A stretch of DNA of 64,000 nucleotides from an uncultured delta proteobacterium. GTDB taxonomy: Bacteria; Desulfobacterota; Binatia; UBA9968. The stretch is taken from assembly GCA_963767275.1 (NCBI GenBank), contig CAVYDL010000005.1:401533-465532 (forward strand), written 5' to 3'. Position 1 is the stretch's first letter. Each line of letters begins with the position of its first letter. Below, piece after piece: positions 60,104 to 64,000 of the stretch. The notes under the pieces were generated by a model. The model was not told the origin of the DNA and made no database searches. It was given only the letters and a program-made list of their open reading frames with translations. A program made the position numbers and the translations under genes.

Positions 60104-61540
60104 TTGAAATCTCCCGCCCTTCTCATCGATTTCGGCAGCACGTTTACCAAAGTCAGCGCGGTGGATCTGGTCAATGCCGAGCTGCTGGGGCGCAGCCAAT
60201 CGCCTTCCACGGTGCTCACCGACGTGCGCGAGGGACTGTTGCGCGCGCTGGTTTCCCTGCACGAGCGTTATCGGCTCTTCGATAAAGTCCCGCGGGATTT
60301 ATCTATTCTCAACGATAGATTCGTTTTGGCGTCGAGCAGCGCCGCCGGCGGATTGCGTATCATCGTCGTCGGCAACGTTCCCGGCTTGACCGTCGAAGCG
60401 GCCAACCAGGCGGCCCTCGGTGCCGGCGCCAAAGTCGTGGGCGCGGCGGCATTCAAGTTGACCGCGACCAAGCTGGCCGAGCTCGCGCTGCTGCGCCCCG
60501 ACATGATTTTGCTGACCGGCGGTGTCGATGGCGGCGATGGGGCGACGATTCTGCACAATGCGGCTCTCCTAGCGCAGTCATCCCTGGCGGTGCCGATCGT
60601 GGTTGCCGGCAATCGCGCGGCGGCGGAGGTCGTCACCGATCTACTGCGGCGCGGCGCCAAGGAAGCGCTCTGCGTCGCCAACGTCATGCCCCGCGCCGGC
60701 AAGCTCGACGTCGAGCCGGCGCGCGAGGCGATCCGGCAAATCTTCATGGCGCGGATCACCCAAGCCAAGGGACTCGACGGTTTGTCGGGCATCGTGCCGG
60801 TGGTGTTGCCGACACCGATGGCGGTGCTGGAGGGAGTGCGCCTCGGTGCCGAAGGCGCTGCGGCTGAACCCGGTTGGGGCGATATGCTGGTGGTGGATGT
60901 TGGCGGAGCGACCACCGATGTTCACTCCATCGGTTACGGCAATGCCGGCGGCGAGAACGTGATCGTTCAAAGCATGGCCGAAGCCTATGCCAAGCGCACC
61001 GTCGAAGGCGACTTGGGCATCCGCTACAACGCCGGCACGATTTTCGAACGGGTCGGTGCGGCAACGCTACTGGATGATTTACAGCGCGGCTTCGGTTACA
61101 GCGCGGTGACCGGCGCAATGCTGCGCGGCTACGTCGACCAAATCGGCCATGACACGAGCACGCTGCCGCAAGCCGACTGGCATGGCGCCGCCGATGCGGT
61201 GCTGGCCCGCGCCGCGGTGGATATCGCGATTGCGCGTCATGTCGGCCGGCGCGAACGGATCGTCGCCCGCGAAGGCGAGGCCTGGCTGCATTACGGCAAA
61301 GACATGCGCGATACGCACACGCTGATCGGCACCGGCGGTGTGTTTGTTCATAACCCGAGCGCGGCCTTCGTTCTTGCGCAGCGCGAGCAGTCGGATGACC
61401 GTGTGCAGGCGCTGCGGCCGCGCCAACCAAGAATCTATCTGGACACCTCTTATCTGCTCTATGCCGTGGGTTTGCTCGCCCAGGACTATCCGTCGGTTGG
61501 ACTGCGGCTGTTTCAGCAGCATATGCAACAGATTGGCTGA
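60104..61540 (+). CDS. GlmL/MutL-like ASKHA-superfamily protein (mutase accessory/reactivase-like); TTG start
   Basis: Motifs LLIDFGSTFTKV, SSSAAGGLR, VDVGGATTDVHSI, AKRTVEGDLG, IGTGGV. Confidence 0.55.
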   Translation: MKSPALLIDFGSTFTKVSAVDLVNAELLGRSQSPSTVLTDVREGLLRALVSLHERYRLFDKVPRDLSILNDRFVLASSSAAGGLRIIVVGNVPGLTVEAANQAALGAGAKVVGAAAFKLTATKLAELALLRPDMILLTGGVDGGDGATILHNAALLAQSSLAVPIVVAGNRAAAEVVTDLLRRGAKEALCVANVMPRAGKLDVEPAREAIRQIFMARITQAKGLDGLSGIVPVVLPTPMAVLEGVRLGAEGAAAEPGWGDMLVVDVGGATTDVHSIGYGNAGGENVIVQSMAEAYAKRTVEGDLGIRYNAGTIFERVGAATLLDDLQRGFGYSAVTGAMLRGYVDQIGHDTSTLPQADWHGAADAVLARAAVDIAIARHVGRRERIVAREGEAWLHYGKDMRDTHTLIGTGGVFVHNPSAAFVLAQREQSDDRVQALRPRQPRIYLDTSYLLYAVGLLAQDYPSVGLRLFQQHMQQIG

Positions 61541-61544
61541 TTTG

Positions 61545-61580
61545 CGTTCAGGCGGTTTCCGCTCAAAGCCGCTTTGAACG
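61545..61580. repeat. GTTCAA-family palindromic repeat
   Basis: cgttcaggcggtttccgctcaaagccgctttgaacg between convergent genes. Confidence 0.65.
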
Positions 61581-61783
61581 TGTTTTGTTTACTACAGTTT
61601 TAGACCCCCGCGTCGTTGCCGTGACAACGAAAATCCGGGGCGAACATCCTTCGGCTCACTCAGGACAGGCTCCGGTCCGTTTGGACGGGGAGACCTGGAT
61701 TCCCGCGTACGCGAGAATGACGGCAGTCGGAATCTTCTCACGTTCGATAAACCCAGGACCAGATAGTTCGAGCCAACCGTTGG

Positions 61784-62659
61784 TTATTTGAACTTCGCCG
61801 CGATTTCGGCGAGCCGATCCATCTGGTCCAAGTCTTCGGCGCACGGGCGCAGGATGAATTCGTCGACGCCCATGTCGGCCTGGCGCTGGATCGCCGTGCG
61901 CACGGCTTCATGGGAGGCGGGTAGAGTGCGCAATCGTTTGGCGGCGAGCTCGGGATTATAACCGTAATTGTGGTTTATGTAGTGATTCGCGTGATCCTGA
62001 GCTTTGGGCCCGAGGGCGAAATAGCTGGCGCCGACCCAACGCGGCCGGCCTTGACGCTTATGCTCTTGCCACGCTTGTAAAATATTTTGCCAGGTCTTGA
62101 GCAGCGCTTCCGGCTCGCCGCCGCCGGGGGCCATGTAGCCGTCGCCCCAGCGAGCGATGCGTTGGACGATCGCCGGCACATAACCGCCGACCAGCAGCTC
62201 CGGACCGCCGGCGCGTACCGCCGGCGGTCCAATCGGGCCGGTGTCGGCGGACAAATCCGCGCCGGACCAAAGTTTGCGGAGCAGTTCGTATTGTCTCTCC
62301 GAACTGCGTCCGCGCCGGTGAAAGTCGGTGGCGCTGGCGAGATAATCGTTTTTGCGCACACCGATGCCGACACCGAGTATCAAGCGGCCGCCGGACAGGG
62401 TGTCGATAGTCGCGGCCTGGCGCGCTAACAAAGTTGTCTCGCGGGTCGGGCCGATGACTACGCTGGTCATCAGGCCTATGCGTTTGGTCGCGCCCGCCGC
62501 CATGGCGAGCACAGCGAGCGGCTCCAGCGCCTGCGAAACGACTCGATCGGTTACCGCCACACTCGAGAACGGTCCGGCGTCGGCGCGGCTGATCCATTCC
62601 AACATCATCTCGCCCGATGCCGAGGTGACCCGGCTGGGTAATCCTAGTGCGATATGCAT
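61784..62659 (-). CDS. LLM-class (luciferase-like) flavin-dependent oxidoreductase
   Basis: TIM-barrel LLM motifs; start MHIALGLP at 62659 with GGAG RBS. Confidence 0.7.
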   Translation of the reverse strand: MHIALGLPSRVTSASGEMMLEWISRADAGPFSSVAVTDRVVSQALEPLAVLAMAAGATKRIGLMTSVVIGPTRETTLLARQAATIDTLSGGRLILGVGIGVRKNDYLASATDFHRRGRSSERQYELLRKLWSGADLSADTGPIGPPAVRAGGPELLVGGYVPAIVQRIARWGDGYMAPGGGEPEALLKTWQNILQAWQEHKRQGRPRWVGASYFALGPKAQDHANHYINHNYGYNPELAAKRLRTLPASHEAVRTAIQRQADMGVDEFILRPCAEDLDQMDRLAEIAAKFK

Positions 62660-62809
62660 AGAATCTCCGTTAAAGCTTTTCCTCACGATGCCCAGCTGAG
62701 CGCGCTTAAGTCAAACTATTTCACCGGCAATTTTTAGTAACTCCGCCGGCCATGCTATTCTGGAATTGGTGAACTCATTGCCGCCATCGATCATGTCCGG
62801 GGCCACTCG

Positions 62810-64000
62810 ATGAAGGGTCTGCTACAGCAATTCAACGAGCTGCGCTATTCGTTCGTGCACACGCCGCAGGCGATTCGCTTTGTCTGGCGCGGCAATCGTT
62901 GGGGCATCGTCGGCTTGGGGGCGCTCACTTTGGCCGGCGCATTGTTGCCGGCGGCGCAGGCTTGGGTCGGCAAGCTGATCGTCGACGGCGTGGTGGCGGC
63001 GATCCAGCATGGCCAGGCGCATGAGCAGGCTAAATCGGTTTTTTACTATCTGCTTGTCGAACTCGTACTGATTCTTTTCAGCACCGGGGTGATCCAGGCG
63101 CGCCGGCTGATTCAGCAGCTCACCCAGCTCAAGCTCGCCAACCAGATTCGCGGGGAAATCATCGCCAAGGCGCTGACCCTGGACTTGGCGTTTTTCGAGC
63201 ACCCGGAGTATTACGACAAGCTGCAAAACGCCCGGCGCGAGGGCGGTTACAAACCGGTGGAGCTGATCAACGATACCTTTCAGATCGTCCAGAATGCCAT
63301 CACCCTGGCGTCCTTCGCGGTGCTGCTCCTGCGTTTCAGTCCGTGGCTGGTGGCGATTCTGGTTTTGACCAGCATCCCGGCGTTCATCGCCGAGACCCGC
63401 TTCTCGGGCCAAGGCTTTCGCCTGTTGAGCCGGCGCGCGCCCGAGAGCCGGCAGATCAACTATTTGTCCCGGCTGTTGACCGAAGACTCCTCGGCCAAGG
63501 AGATCAAACTTTTCAACTTGGGCGGCACGCTGTTGACGCGCTACCTGACGCTGTTCGAGAAGTTTTTCCACGAGGATAAGGCGCTCGCCCGCCGGCGCGC
63601 CGTTACTGGTTTCAGCCTCGGGTTGGTGGCGACTCTCGGCTTCTATGGCTCCTACGCCTGGATCGTCTGGCATACGGTGCAGCATAGGATCTCTCTCGGC
63701 GACATGACGCTCTATCTGGCGATCTTTCGCCAGGGCCAGACGACCTTTCAAACGATTCTCTACGCCGTCGGCAGTATTTATGAGAACAATCTATTCATGT
63801 CGAACTTCTTCGAGTTTCTCGATATGACGCCGCAATTGGCGATCGCCGCACAGCCCAAAGTATTGCCGGCGACATTGCGCGAAGGCATCGAGTTTCGCGA
63901 TGTCGGTTATCGTTATGCCGACAACGACGCATGGGCGCTGCGCGGCATCAATCTGATTATCCGGCCAGGCGAGAAGGTCGCCCTGGTCGGCCACAACGGC
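62810..64000 (+). CDS. ABC transporter, fused permease/ATP-binding (type I exporter), 3'-partial
   Basis: My own + strand translation from ATG 62810 gives about 6 TM then ...RPGEKVALVGHNG (Walker A start); open to the window end; not in the ORF track. Confidence 0.75.
   Translation, partial: MKGLLQQFNELRYSFVHTPQAIRFVWRGNRWGIVGLGALTLAGALLPAAQAWVGKLIVDGVVAAIQHGQAHEQAKSVFYYLLVELVLILFSTGVIQARRLIQQLTQLKLANQIRGEIIAKALTLDLAFFEHPEYYDKLQNARREGGYKPVELINDTFQIVQNAITLASFAVLLLRFSPWLVAILVLTSIPAFIAETRFSGQGFRLLSRRAPESRQINYLSRLLTEDSSAKEIKLFNLGGTLLTRYLTLFEKFFHEDKALARRRAVTGFSLGLVATLGFYGSYAWIVWHTVQHRISLGDMTLYLAIFRQGQTTFQTILYAVGSIYENNLFMSNFFEFLDMTPQLAIAAQPKVLPATLREGIEFRDVGYRYADNDAWALRGINLIIRPGEKVALVGHNG

Noticed and set aside
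62822-63751. 309-aa minus-strand ORF in the track
   Set aside because: The + strand translation is a clean ABC exporter (TM domain then Walker A) running off the window. The minus ORF is its antisense shadow.
1-64000. Possible tRNA, rRNA, CRISPR or transposase genes
   Set aside because: No T-loop or anticodon-arm-like motif, no direct repeat or spacer array, and no integrase or transposase ORFs were found. The GTTCAA repeats are too short and irregular for CRISPR.

Overview
Most of this 64 kb window is high-GC (about 62-66%) and comes from a Gram-negative bacterial chromosome. The taxon cannot be fixed from sequence alone; the content resembles Proteobacteria or Rokubacteria.

The first 22 kb carries housekeeping and envelope genes: class-I DAHP synthase, asnS, mtgA overlapping mutY, msrPQ, an MscS channel, a TatD hydrolase and several MFS transporters.

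Positions 22.0-29.3 kb form a lower-GC island (about 50%). It holds divergent chrB and chrA chromate-resistance genes. An ATP-grasp gene sits 10 nt downstream of chrA. An orphan NusG/UpxY-like antiterminator paralog with a roughly 650-bp leader is also present, along with small zinc-ribbon and secreted proteins.

Positions 29-60 kb are an unusual catabolic region. It is packed with at least 14 periplasmic solute-binding protein genes: nine NMT1/THI5-like, three Bug/TctC-like and three Fe3+-type. One NMT1/THI5-like gene lacks a signal peptide. No ABC permease, ABC ATPase or TctAB membrane partner is present. These binding-protein genes are interleaved with two tandem family-III CoA-transferases, three enoyl-CoA hydratases, four VOC/glyoxalase proteins, an ABM monooxygenase and an MBL hydrolase. 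A flotillin-NfeD pair is also present, flanked by a duplicated 3' fragment of an enoyl-CoA hydratase gene. A cytoplasmic class-3 lipase, a PhoD-like phosphoesterase and a hypothetical protein form one operon. An orphan GlmL/MutL-like ASKHA-fold protein lies near the end of the region.

The window ends with an LLM flavin oxidoreductase and a partial ABC exporter on the + strand that runs off the end.

The most striking non-coding signal is a dispersed repeat family. It consists of clusters of GTTCAA hexamers at a 9-nt period, often paired with an inverted TTGAAC cluster. It sits at eight or more gene 3' ends or convergent junctions, and degenerate copies sit at both flotillin direct-repeat junctions. 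I have not seen this repeat described.

No rRNA, tRNA, CRISPR array, transposase or integrase could be supported.
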